A stretch of DNA of 64,000 nt, taken from an uncultured Verrucomicrobiae bacterium. GTDB taxonomy: Bacteria > Verrucomicrobiota > Verrucomicrobiia > Chthoniobacterales > Chthoniobacteraceae. The notes below the pieces were generated by a model. That model was not told the DNA's origin. It ran no database searches and was given only the letters and a program-made list of their open reading frames with translations. Made by a program: the position numbers and the translations under genes. This document shows, piece after piece, positions 1-13,124 of this stretch; position 1 is the first letter of the stretch; every line of letters starts with the position of its first letter. Where the stretch lies: assembly GCA_963828525.1 (NCBI GenBank), contig CAWHEP010000010.1, positions 224,001-288,000 of the forward strand, written 5' to 3'.

Positions 1-1847
1 CCGACCAATTCGACGTGGACAATTGATCTCCCCCTTCGGCGTGGGTGCGATGGTTTCGTTTCCTCGCGATGAGTCGCTCATGACCGCCGGACTTGACGCT
101 TGGACGGCGCACGCTAGACAGAAATGCCCTGCCGACTGGCTCGTGCGCGAGGAGCGGCTGGAAGCGCGACTCGGCGTGACACACCTGCGGCTGCCGCCCG
201 ATCATCGCGATCCGGGTCAAGGGGTGGCTTACCCGAATCAGAATGTTCCATTTGTTCGGTTCCCACGCTGGCACTACTGCCATCACTGCGGCGGCATGGA
301 GCAGCTTGCGCTTTTCGGCGGGCGCCAGCAGTGCAAGGCGTGGCCTTGGCCAAGGCGCAACTGTGCGGAACGTAAAAAGAAGCCTTGGCTGATACCGGTT
401 CGTTTCGTCGCCGTCTGCGAGAAGGGACATATCCAGGATTTTCCATTCACGGAATGGGTGCATCGCGAAGCTCCACCCGGAGAAGCGTGCGGTCTGCGAG
501 ATGCGCGCCGGGCGTTCCTCGGCAGGTCTGACCGGTATCGTCGTTGAATGTAAGTGCGGGCAATTTCGGAGTTTGGGCGGGATTTTCGATTTCAAGGAAA
601 ACGGCGGAGCGCTGCACCGAATGGGCTGTGACTGCGCCGGGCTGCGGCCCTGGCTTGGCGAATGGGAGAATCCGAAGGGCTGCGGAGAGTTTTTACAGGT
701 CGTCCAGCGCGGTGCATCAAACACCTATTTTCCGCACGTCGTAAGTTCAATCTACCTTCCCCTTTGGGCGGAGGATGCCGCGAGCGGTGTGGTTAAAGCA
801 TTGGAAGATCCGAGAGTGTGGGGACCGCTTTCCTCCGGCTTGGTGGATGGCAAAATCTCGGCGGATCGTTGCGACATGGTCGCATCGATGCGAAACCTTG
901 ATCCAGAGGAGTTGCGCGTCGCGGCCCAACGCAAACTCGACGGCATTCCGGGGGCTTCGACTTTGCGTTCGCAGAGCGAGGAGGATTTTCGCCGAAGCGA
1001 GTATGAAGCGCTGAAAAACGAACGTGGCGCTCCGCAAAGCGATCTCCTCGTGAAGCGTGCCAGCCTTGAGGAATACGACTCCGCAGTAGCCGCACGCTTT
1101 TCCCACCTCGCGCTCGTGCATAAGCTGCGCGAGACGCGCGCGCTTGCTGGCTTCACGCGCATTCTCCCGCCGGACGGAAATCTTGCCAGTGATCGACTGC
1201 GCGAGCTAAAGCGCGATCCCCGCATTGACTGGTTACCGGCGACAATCGTGCGCGGTGAAGGCATCTTCTTTGAGTTCGACGCAGAACGGCTCGACGCGTG
1301 GATTGCCGCAACGCCAGCAATCGCGGAGCGGATCGGTGGTTTAAGCGCGCACTATAACGAACGCCGGATCAAAAATGGTCAGGAGCAGCGGCCGATCCAT
1401 GCGAAATTCGCGCTTATGCACACCTTCGCGCACGTGCTTATCAATCAACTCGCCTTCGAGTGCGGATATGGAAGTGCCTCGTTGCGAGAACGAATCTACT
1501 GCGAATTCACCGATGCGGAGCACCCGATGTCGGGCGTGCTGATCTACACGGCGTCCGGCGATTCCGAAGGCTCGATGGGCGGCTTGGTTCGGCAAGGCCA
1601 ACCCGGCACTTTTGAAAATATTGTATTGCGCGCGATACAGCGTGCTGCCTGGTGTTCATCCGATCCGGTGTGTATCGAAAGTGCCGGCCAGGGTGCCGAC
1701 AACTCGAACCTTGCGGCATGCCACGGCTGCGCATTGCTCCCCGAAACTTCATGCGAAGAAGGGAACCGGCTCCTTGATCGAGCCATGCTCACTGGCACGC
1801 CGCTTAACCCAGAGATCGGGTTTTTCTCCAGTCTCCTATCCACTTGA
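1..1847 (+). CDS. drmB: DrmB-like DUF1998 protein (DISARM-type); 5' end off-window, one frameshift near 500
   Basis: Frame from base 2 reads RPIRRGQLISPFGVGAM (typical DrmB start); CxxC and CEKGHIQDFP motifs; C-terminal HTFAHVLI, CGYGSASLRERIY, CSSDPVC, LAACHGCALLPETSCE (DUF1998). ORFs 23..547 and 501..1847 join through one indel. Confidence 0.85.
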
Positions 1848-2354
1848 ATGCCCGACGTTTTCACACCGGAAAAACGGTCCGCCGTGATGTCGCGCATCCG
1901 CGGGAGCGGAAACCGCGACACCGAACTCCGGATGATCGCACTCTTTCGTGCGCATGGGATTCGCGGCTGGCGCAGAGGACAAGCAGTGTTTGGGAAACCA
2001 GATTTCGTATTTCGCCGTGAACGCGTGGTTGTGTTCGTGGACGGCTGTTTCTGGCACGGCTGTCCGAAACCGAAGCACGCGCCGATGCCCAAAAATCGCG
2101 CCGAATGGTGGGCGGCAAAACTCAGTCGGAATAAGGGGCGCGACCGTCTGGTGGTGCACGAACTACGCACTCGTGGCTGGCTAGTCGTGAGAGTATGGGA
2201 GTGCGACCTCAAGGGAACGAGTGCAATGCGCACAGTGAGAATGGTCACAAAGACGCTCGAAAGCTTCTATAACTCGTCACAGAAATCTGATTCAGTTTCG
2301 CAAAGCCGACCAAGACGGAAGGTGGGACATTGGCTGGCCCACCTTAAGAGATAA
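1848..2354 (+). CDS. vsr: very short patch repair endonuclease Vsr
   Basis: MPDVFTPEKRSAVMSRIR, GKPDF, FVDGCFWHGC, RVWEC motifs; abuts drmB stop. Confidence 0.92.
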   Translation: MPDVFTPEKRSAVMSRIRGSGNRDTELRMIALFRAHGIRGWRRGQAVFGKPDFVFRRERVVVFVDGCFWHGCPKPKHAPMPKNRAEWWAAKLSRNKGRDRLVVHELRTRGWLVVRVWECDLKGTSAMRTVRMVTKTLESFYNSSQKSDSVSQSRPRRKVGHWLAHLKR

Positions 2355-2375
2355 GCGGCGGCGCCGAACGAACCC

Positions 2376-2404
2376 TTGACGCGCAGCAAGAGGCCGGACA
2401 CTCT
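2376..2404 (+). promoter_or_regulatory. putative sigma70 promoter, possibly leaderless
   Basis: TTGACG-N17-CACTCT ending 6 nt before ATG 2411. Confidence 0.4.
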
Positions 2405-2410
2405 CGCTGC

Positions 2411-2743
2411 ATGCCCATGGAGATCACACCCGACGGCTATTTTTTGGAACTTTCGTCAAGGAACGCACATGGAGAAACCGTGTACCCACACATCAAGGGC
2501 AAAAGAGGGACGGATCAAAAAGGATTTGATGTGACTCCGACTGCGAAAAAGTCGGACTACCGGCTCATGAGCCTCGATGAATTCTTGGATCTGCTGGCAG
2601 GTGGCGCGTTTGCGGATCAGGGGCGTATCCGAATGCAACCTCGGGAACCAAGCAGTAAAGGCAAAAGCGGAGGCTTTCTCATCCGCAAAGGGCAAATGAG
2701 CGCAAGACTGATTGAGGAATTACGCGCGCGAAAGCTAGGGTGA
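2411..2743 (+). CDS. hypothetical protein (110 aa)
   Basis: Clean ORF with globular-looking sequence and upstream promoter-like motif; no family recognised. Confidence 0.65.
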   Translation: MPMEITPDGYFLELSSRNAHGETVYPHIKGKRGTDQKGFDVTPTAKKSDYRLMSLDEFLDLLAGGAFADQGRIRMQPREPSSKGKSGGFLIRKGQMSARLIEELRARKLG

Positions 2744-2843
2744 TCATCGGGCCAGCTTTTGGAACCAGGCTGCGGGGCAGGCTGCATTTCGTGACAGACT
2801 TCTGAAATGCATCGTTCCCGCTCCCGACAAATCCCCTCCCGTG

Positions 2844-3038
2844 ATCCAAGCAACCAGCGCGATCCGAGGTAAAAATCCGCCCTTCTTCCTTGGCGTTCTT
2901 CGCGCCCTTCGCGTGAGGCTCTCCCCTCTCTCCCCGTCGGAGAATGCGGTGTAATCCATGGTTCGAAGTCCTCCTCCCCTCCCCTACTTTGCGTCTCCGC
3001 GTCAAAATCTTCTCCAATCATCCGAGCAATCCGTGGTA
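2844..3038. repeat. cluster of modular 8-9-bp-period intergenic repeats
   Basis: Modules atccaagcaaccagcgcgatccgaggtaaaaatcc; tcttccttggcgttcttcgcgcccttcgcgtgagg (identical to 8941-8975); ctttgcgtctccgcgtcaaaatcttctcc; atcatccgagcaatccgtggta. Confidence 0.85.
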
Positions 3039-3056
3039 GAGAAATGCCAATACGAG

Positions 3057-4197
3057 ATGCGCCCTCCCTACTCGCCGTCAATTCATCAAAACCACGCTTG
3101 CGGTCGCGGTTCCAACGGCCTTGGGATTCCCGCGTCGCGCGCGGGCCTCGACTTCAGACTTCGCCGCCCAGCGCGCTCAGGGGAAACTGGGTGTTGCCCT
3201 CCTGGGTTTGGGAGGATTTAGCGGAGCAAGCATTGCTCCTGAACTTCCCGGCGCAAAGAACGTGTATCTCGCCGGCGTGATAACCGGGAATCCGGAGACC
3301 AAAGGCAAAACTTACGCGCGCCGTTACGGGTTCCCCGAAAAGAATATCTATGGTTACGATCAGATCGCGCGGCTCGCGGATAATCCAGACATAGACATCG
3401 TTCACGTGGTGACCCCAAACGGGTTGCACGCGGAGCATACAATAGCGGCTCTAAAAGCTGGCAAGCATGTGATGTGCGAGAAGCCTATGGCGACGCATAG
3501 CGCCGATTGCCAGGCTATGATCGACGCGGCTCGCGCGGCGGAGCGATACCTTGCGGTTGACTACCGCTTGCATTTTGAACCGCATCACGTGGAGATGATG
3601 CGTCTCGCTTCCGACAAAGTTTACGGGAATGTGAAGAAAATCGTGACCGAATTTTCATGGCATCGCGGCAACGGCAAACCCTGGCTCTCAAACAAGACGC
3701 TGTCAGGAGGAGGGGCGATGTTTGATACCGGCGTTTACAGCATCCAGGCCGGATGTTATATCGCGAACTCCACTCCGACGGCCGTGACCGCTATTCCTTC
3801 GACGGTTGACGCGGGCTATCCGGCGGGAATCGAGGAGACGATGCGCGTGACGTTCGAATATCCCGGGGGGATCACCCACGAAGGCACCGCGAGTTATTTG
3901 GTTAGCAAAGGAGAGTTTCGGGTGGAGGCGGAGAAGGGCGCGTTTGCCTGCCTCGGCGCCTCCTTTTCGCAGAGCGCTGGAGGCAAGCCCAGCATCAAGC
4001 AACTCCTGCTGCCGGACGGTCGATATTTCGACGCGCCAAATACCCTGCAACTGGCGGTTCTGCACGACCATTTCGCGGAGGCGATCCGGTCGAAGACCCC
4101 GTTCATCTGTCCCGGAGAAATGGGGTTGCGCGATATCAAGATCCTGGAAGCGATTTACCGCTCCGTTGCGCAAGGAAGCGCTAGGGTCGTGGTCTAA
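3057..4197 (+). CDS. Tat-exported Gfo/Idh/MocA family oxidoreductase (glucose-fructose oxidoreductase-like)
   Basis: LGVALLGLG Rossmann motif, HVVTPNGLH, CEKPMA, GGGAMFDTGVY. Upstream in-frame TRRQFIKTTLAVAV twin-arginine signal; nearest ATG (3057) is one base out of frame. Confidence 0.88.
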
Positions 4198-4207
4198 AAC
4201 CAGACCG

Positions 4208-4303
4208 ACGCACGCCTCGGCGTGGCGTCCATGCCTGGCGGAGACGGGAGCGAAGTCCAACTTCGAAGACAATTGCGTTTCCAAGTACAACTTGGGTAAC
4301 GAG
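4208..4303. repeat. REP-like palindromes
   Basis: gacgcacgcctcggcgtggcgtccatgcc and gcgtttccaagtacaacttgggtaacgag hairpins; relatives at 31498-31524 and 32323-32357. Confidence 0.6.
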
Positions 4304-4313
4304 GGGGATTCGC

Positions 4314-4380
4314 CTCAGCGTCTCCGCGTCAAAATCTTCTCCCCTCCCCATCCAAGAAATCCGTGTAATCCGCGGTTAAC
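4314..4380. repeat. ~66-bp direct repeat (copy at 9125-9193)
   Basis: ctcagcgtctccgcgtcaaaatcttctcccctccccatccaagaaatccgtgtaatccgcggttaa, nearly identical to 9125-9193. Confidence 0.9.
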
Positions 4381-4393
4381 ATCCCGGGCGTTT

Positions 4394-7886
<3,493 letters not shown>

Positions 7887-7944
7887 ATAGCTCCTTTCAA
7901 AGGTCCAAGACGGTAAATAACTGTCATAGCGTGAGTTCTTCCTA

Positions 7945-7978
7945 CCTGTAATAGAAGAAATTCACGCCAAAGGTTACA
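7945..7978 (-). promoter_or_regulatory. putative ECF-sigma promoter upstream of the kinase
   Basis: Minus strand TGTAACC...TATTACAG; AAC-type -35 element typical of ECF promoters. Confidence 0.4.
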
Positions 7979-8077
7979 AACCCTCCGCTATGCTCTCGGG
8001 CAATCGAAAGCGTTCAACGAAGACGCAGGATTTTGTCGACCATCGCCCTTTAAGCCACGCGCCTATCATTGGGAAGA

Positions 8078-8818
8078 TCAGCCGAACGCCGCGAAGAGCG
8101 CCTGAATTTCTTCCTCGATCTGCGCCGGCGTCGCCACCGTTTGCGCAATCTCATTGCGAAGCGCCTCACGGTAGCGCGCCCGAAGCCGATGCGCCGCGAC
8201 TTTGACGGCGCCCTGGCTCATGCCCAGTGTTGCCGCAACCTCGGCGTAAGGCAGCGCGCCGCGTCCAGCCGTGAGAAAGATTTTTAACGCGTCAAACAAC
8301 CGCTGTTTCCCCGCGGCATTCATTTCGGCCTCGAGAAGGAGGACTACCCTGTCGAGCAAAGCCACTGCCCACTGCCGCTCGAATTCCCGGGCGGCGGTGG
8401 AAACATCTGCCACTTCGAGCGGTTCGCGCCCAGGCAGCGCGCGCGCTTCGAAGTGCGTGATGTGCTGACCGCCTCCCCGCTTTTGCGCGCGTTCCCGATC
8501 CCGCTGATTGGCAAGAAAATGCTTCAGCGAGACCAGGAGAAAAGAGCGGAATTTCCCCTTCTCGCGTTTAACCGCGCGCAGCCACTCCTTTTCAAGCAGC
8601 TTGGAAAAAAAATCCTGGGTGAGGTCTTCCGCGTCCTGGGAAGTCGTGACATTCCTTCGGACATACCGATAAACCGGCTGCCAATAAATCCGGCAAAGCT
8701 CCTCCAGCGCGCAACGACTTTCAGGTGAATCGTTGCCTCGGGCATTGAGCACGATGGACCACCGCGTCGCCGCAAAGCATGGATCCTGAACTTTAGTCAA
8801 ATCGCGGCCCATGCGCAT
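8078..8818 (-). CDS. ECF RNA polymerase sigma factor (PVC-type, kinase-associated)
   Basis: FAATRWSIV, LCRIYWQPVY, DAEDLTQDFF, GKFRSFL, KRGGG, GAVKVAAHRLRARY. Confidence 0.92.
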   Translation of the reverse strand: MRMGRDLTKVQDPCFAATRWSIVLNARGNDSPESRCALEELCRIYWQPVYRYVRRNVTTSQDAEDLTQDFFSKLLEKEWLRAVKREKGKFRSFLLVSLKHFLANQRDRERAQKRGGGQHITHFEARALPGREPLEVADVSTAAREFERQWAVALLDRVVLLLEAEMNAAGKQRLFDALKIFLTAGRGALPYAEVAATLGMSQGAVKVAAHRLRARYREALRNEIAQTVATPAQIEEEIQALFAAFG

Positions 8819-8897
8819 CTACGACTGTGCTCATCATAACCGACTCCTCCCTGAAGTTGAATAATCACAGCCACTCGTCAAGCTTCGCCCCCTCCCA

Positions 8898-9220
8898 TCA
8901 TCCGAGCAACAAGCGCAATCCGAGATAAAATCCCCGCCCCTCTTCCTTGGCGTTCTTCGCGCCCTTCGCGTGAGGAAATCCCCTCTTCTAAACCTCGTGT
9001 AAACTCATCATCCAATCCGAGAAAATCCGCGTAAATCCGTGGTAAAAAATCCAGCCCTCCCAAAAAGAATCCGCGTAGAAACCTCTCCTTCCTCCGACTT
9101 AAACTCTCCCTCGTTCCGCTCTCCCTCCGCGTCTCCGCGTTTAAAATCTTCTCCCCTCCCCATCCAAGAAATCCGTGTCATCCGCGGTTAAAATCTCCGC
9201 GTCTCAGCGTTAAAATCCCC
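8898..9220. repeat. large cluster of modular 8-9-bp-period intergenic repeats
   Basis: At least five modules: atccgagcaacaagcgcaatccgagataaaatcc; tcttccttggcgttcttcgcgcccttcgcgtgagg; atccgagaaaatccgcgtaaatccgtggtaaaaaatcc; ctccgcgtctccgcgtttaaaatc; atccaagaaatccgtgtcatccgcggttaaaat. Confidence 0.88.
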
Positions 9221-11424
9221 TAAACCTTTTTGAACCCAACAACCGCTAGCGGCGGCAATGTTAGCACTAGCGAATGCGATTTCCCCTGCCAAGGGATCTC
9301 CTCCGCCCACATCCCTCCATAGTTCCCGACGTTGCTCCCGCCGTAAGTCTCCGCGTCGGTATTCAGTATCTCCGAGTAGTAGCCTTCGCCCGGAACCCCA
9401 ACCCGATACCACTCGCGAACGACAGGCGTGGCGTTCACCACAAACACCAGCACCGATCCCTGCGCTGGCTTTCGCATAAAAGCGATGACGCTGTTGTCGG
9501 CGTCCCGAAAATCTATCCACTCGAATCCAAGGTAACTATCGTCCTGCTGGTAAAAAGCGGGTTCGGTTTTGTAGATGTGATTCAGGTGCTGCACCAGCCG
9601 CTGCAGACCATCGTGCTCTTTGTATTGCAGCAGATGCCAGTCGAGGCTGCCGTCGTGGCTCCACTCGTGGTATTGCCCAAACTCCTGGCCCTGGAAGAGT
9701 AACTTTTTCCCGGGATGCGCGTACATCCATCCGTAGAACATCCGCAAATTCGCGAATTTCTGCCACTGGTCACCGGGCATTTTGCAGATGAGAGAACCTT
9801 TCCCATGCACCACCTCGTCGTGGCTCAAGACGAGCACGAAATGCTCGTGAAACGCGTAGATCAGCGAAAACGTGATGTCGCCCTGGTGAAACCGGCGATA
9901 GACCGGTTCCTTTTCCATGTAGGAAAGGAAGTCATGCATCCAGCCCATGTTCCATTTGAACCCAAATCCGAGGCCGCCGAGGTAGGTCGGTCGCGACACG
10001 CCCGGCCATGACGTTGATTCCTCCGCGATCGTCATGATCCCCGGGAAACGCTCGTAGCAGACTTCATTCATCCTCTTGAGGAAGTGGATCGCGTCGAGGT
10101 TCTCCCTGCCGCCAAACACGTTTGGAATCCATTCCCCTTCTTTCCTCGAGTAGTCGAGGTAGAGCATCGACGCCACCGCGTCCACGCGAAGTCCGTCGAT
10201 ATGATATTGATCGAGCCAGAACAGGGCGTTCGCGATGAGGAAATTCCGCACTTCATTTCTGCCGTAGTTGAAGATGAGAGTTCCCCAGTCCACGTGTTCC
10301 CCCTGGCGCGGATCCGCGTGCTCATAAAGATCCGTGCCGTCAAACTCCGCGAGCCCGTGCGCGTCCTTCGGGAAATGGCCCGGCACCCAGTCCAGAATGA
10401 CGCCAATGCCCTTCTGGTGAAAACGATCCACAAAATGACGGAACTCATCGGGGTTTCCGAACCGGCTGGTGGGCGAGAAATACCCGGTCACCTGGTAGCC
10501 CCAGGAACCGTCGAAAGGATGTTCCGCTACGGGCATCAACTCGATATGGGTGTAGCCCATCCGAATCACATATTCGAGGAGACGATCCGCCAGTTCGATA
10601 TAGCTCAACCACCGGTTCCCCTCCTCCGTCACTCGCGCCCACGAACCAAGATGAACCTCGTAGATGCTGACGGGACTGTTCTGCCAATCCTTGGAACGTC
10701 TCGCGTCCATCCATGAGGCGTCGCTCCAGGCATATCGGTTTAGATCAAACACCAGCGACGCTGTCTGCTTGCCGTGCTGCCCGAAAAAAGCAAAGGGATC
10801 GCTCTTCAACTGCAACCCGCCATGCCACGCCTTCACCTCGAATTTATAATGCGTCAGCTCAACAAGCCCGGGCAGGAAGATTTCCCAGACGCCGCTGCCC
10901 AGAAGCTTCCGCATCGGATGCGTTCGTCCGTCCCAATGGTTAAAATCTCCCACCACGCTTATCCGCTGGGCATTTGGAGCCCAGACGCAGAACGTGACCC
11001 CCTTTACCCCGCCGACTTCTGTGAGATGCGCGCCCAGCTTCTTGTAGAGGTCAAAATGGTTGCCTTCCGCAAACAGGTGCAGATCGACGTCCCCCAGGAT
11101 CGGTCCGAAGGAGTAAGGGTCAGACGCTGTCCACACGCTTCCATCATGTCCCACAAAGCGAAGGGTGTAAGCGAAGCGCTCAGCTCCCGGGATCGCGGCC
11201 TCGAAATATCCGTCGGAGTGGAACTTCTGCGCGGTAAAGACTCGCGACTCATCATGCGCGTCAATCACCGTCACCTCATTGGCGTCGGGTCTGAAAACCC
11301 GCACGACGAGGTTTTCGCCCGCCTGGTGCATCCCGAGGACGGCGAACGGATCCCCATGACGCCCCTCCAGGATCGCATGCAGGCTGCCGTCATCAATTGT
11401 TTGCCCGAGGGGGGAGATGTTCAT
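9220..11424 (-). CDS. glgB: 1,4-alpha-glucan branching enzyme
   Basis: [63 protein letters not shown]; start placed at ATG 11424 overlapping the upstream stop (ATGA). Confidence 0.97.
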   Translation of the reverse strand: MNISPLGQTIDDGSLHAILEGRHGDPFAVLGMHQAGENLVVRVFRPDANEVTVIDAHDESRVFTAQKFHSDGYFEAAIPGAERFAYTLRFVGHDGSVWTASDPYSFGPILGDVDLHLFAEGNHFDLYKKLGAHLTEVGGVKGVTFCVWAPNAQRISVVGDFNHWDGRTHPMRKLLGSGVWEIFLPGLVELTHYKFEVKAWHGGLQLKSDPFAFFGQHGKQTASLVFDLNRYAWSDASWMDARRSKDWQNSPVSIYEVHLGSWARVTEEGNRWLSYIELADRLLEYVIRMGYTHIELMPVAEHPFDGSWGYQVTGYFSPTSRFGNPDEFRHFVDRFHQKGIGVILDWVPGHFPKDAHGLAEFDGTDLYEHADPRQGEHVDWGTLIFNYGRNEVRNFLIANALFWLDQYHIDGLRVDAVASMLYLDYSRKEGEWIPNVFGGRENLDAIHFLKRMNEVCYERFPGIMTIAEESTSWPGVSRPTYLGGLGFGFKWNMGWMHDFLSYMEKEPVYRRFHQGDITFSLIYAFHEHFVLVLSHDEVVHGKGSLICKMPGDQWQKFANLRMFYGWMYAHPGKKLLFQGQEFGQYHEWSHDGSLDWHLLQYKEHDGLQRLVQHLNHIYKTEPAFYQQDDSYLGFEWIDFRDADNSVIAFMRKPAQGSVLVFVVNATPVVREWYRVGVPGEGYYSEILNTDAETYGGSNVGNYGGMWAEEIPWQGKSHSLVLTLPPLAVVGFKKV

Positions 11425-12779
11425 AGAGTGATTACTTTCGGCCTGTGGCTTTCCGAGCCTTCTTTCCTCAACAGCGGACGCCCATTGTGATCGGGTTGTA
11501 ACGAAGATGCGAGCATCGGTTGCAGATAGTTCGAATGGATGGCGCGCCACGAATGCTTCGCGACGGCTAATTTTTGAGCGCGCAATGCCGCGGAACCCTC
11601 CGCGAACGCCATGAGCCTGTCCGCGAGCTCTGATGGAGTAATCTCGACGGGAAAGAAATTCGCCCTCCCCTGCCACATCGACCTTAGTGGCTCGATGTCT
11701 GAACAGAAGATCGGCAGCCGGAAAAGCGCCGCCTCCAGCGGGGGCAGCCCAAACCCCTCCTGGGCGCTCGGGTAAAACAGTACATCCGAGACAGCGTACA
11801 GGCCCGCCATGTCCCGTTCCGTCACTCCAAACCGGTCAGCGAGGAAAACAACCGGGGCTCCAAGCTCTTTCGCTAATTGGCGAAGAGATTCGAAATACGA
11901 GTCCCCGTCCCGCGCCCGGGCGTCCGGCGCTCCGGTGACGAGATAACGGCACCGGCAGCCTTTTGCGACCAGCGCGGCGCTGACGCGAATGCCCAGTTCG
12001 ATATTTTTGCGCTTCAGAATCCGTGTGGGATGGAACAGCGTTAAGTCCAATTCGAAAATATCCTCTTCTTCGCAAACCGCTGCTACGGAGGGGGTTAAAC
12101 CCAGCATCGCGACGGGGTCAACGCCATTAGGCACCACGGCGCGCGTGTCTACGCCCGTCAATGACCTGAACGCCTCTGCCCGCTGCTCGGATACAGCCAC
12201 ATACTCAAATCCCGGACACGCCCGATAGAGCAGATTCCAGGGAAATTCGACAGCGTGACGAATTTGATAGGCTGGACCTTGCCTCCTTATTGGGCTCTGC
12301 GCGACTACAGGGGCAAATTCGACACTGTGACGAATTTGATAGTCTGGGTTTAGCGCCGCGACATCGTGAATCCATGCGACGAGACGGCACCCCCCTGGCG
12401 CCCTCTCCTCCGCCAGTTGCCAGAGAACTGACGTGAGCGCGAGATTGAAGGGCATCGTCAACACATTGTGGGCGAACAGGATGTCCGCCCGCGCGAGAAT
12501 AGGAACGATTCGCGCCTTGATCTCGGCTGCCAGAGAACGAAATGCCTCCCCTGCCCTGCCGTTGTCGAGTTCGCGTTGCGCCTCAAGAACCAGCGGATGT
12601 TCCCTCATCAGCTCGGGGAGAAGCACAAGCTCCACTCCGGCCTGATCCGAAAAGCCCTCGCCACACACCACTGTCACCGAGTGACCATCTTTCGCGAATC
12701 GCCTCGCGTGTTCCCGGATGACAGTTTCAACCCCTCCGATCACCGGAGCGAAGCTGTAATGGAGAATGCAGATGTTCAC
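11421..12779 (-). CDS. glycosyltransferase family 4 with 24-aa internal duplication
   Basis: [59 protein letters not shown]...YQIRHAVEF duplicated. Confidence 0.9.
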   Translation of the reverse strand: MNICILHYSFAPVIGGVETVIREHARRFAKDGHSVTVVCGEGFSDQAGVELVLLPELMREHPLVLEAQRELDNGRAGEAFRSLAAEIKARIVPILARADILFAHNVLTMPFNLALTSVLWQLAEERAPGGCRLVAWIHDVAALNPDYQIRHSVEFAPVVAQSPIRRQGPAYQIRHAVEFPWNLLYRACPGFEYVAVSEQRAEAFRSLTGVDTRAVVPNGVDPVAMLGLTPSVAAVCEEEDIFELDLTLFHPTRILKRKNIELGIRVSAALVAKGCRCRYLVTGAPDARARDGDSYFESLRQLAKELGAPVVFLADRFGVTERDMAGLYAVSDVLFYPSAQEGFGLPPLEAALFRLPIFCSDIEPLRSMWQGRANFFPVEITPSELADRLMAFAEGSAALRAQKLAVAKHSWRAIHSNYLQPMLASSLQPDHNGRPLLRKEGSESHRPKVITL

Positions 12780-13000
12780 GACAATCCGCTGTTCGCGTCG
12801 GCGGATAAACAGTTGATCGAGCAGACTTTAGGCAAATTCGACACAGTGGCGTATTTCGTAGTCCGGGATGGGTCGTAAGTTCGCCTGATCAGCTGGCACT
12901 CTTCCAGCGCTCTTCTGGACGAGTCGGTAATGAATGCAGATGTTCAATTCCCTTCGTGGTACGAACGATTTCAGGCAAATTCGTCACGGTGTCGAATTTG
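12243..13000. repeat. 25-bp imperfect palindrome CAAATTCG(A/T)CACnGTG(A/T)CGAATTTG, four copies
   Basis: Copies at 12243-12265, 12314-12338, 12833-12857 (degenerate right arm) and 12976-13000. Confidence 0.85.
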
Positions 13001-13089
13001 AAAGTCCGTGTTCCGCGCCTAAATCGTAATCCATTCCATCGGACGGCATCCTCCCGGGGGCGACTGTAATGAAGGGTGCAAACATTCAA
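12831..13089 (-). pseudogene. two decayed, internally deleted copies of the GT4 5' region
   Basis: 13064-13089 encodes NVCTLHYS vs NICILHYS; 12974-13062 aligns to 12312-12400; 12831-12947 is a second, more decayed copy. Confidence 0.7.
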
Positions 13090-13124
13090 TGGCGAACCGC
13101 AGTTTCGCCCTGTCAGATAAACAA

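Noticed and set aside
8898..9220. CRISPR array or integron attC array in the repeat clusters
   Set aside because: Modules are heterogeneous, non-palindromic and irregularly spaced; no unique spacers, cas genes, intI or attC ends
9746..9759. AAATTCGCGAATTT in glgB as a fifth palindrome copy
   Set aside because: Lacks the central 9 bp and is explained by the conserved KFANLR peptide
12243..13000. Four palindromes as a mini-CRISPR
   Set aside because: Spacings of about 72, 519 and 143 nt are irregular, and the intervening DNA is coding or gene-derived
12800..13120. DnaA-box cluster marking oriC
   Set aside because: Only weak matches (ggcggataa, gtcagataa) that are themselves duplicated sequence; insufficient
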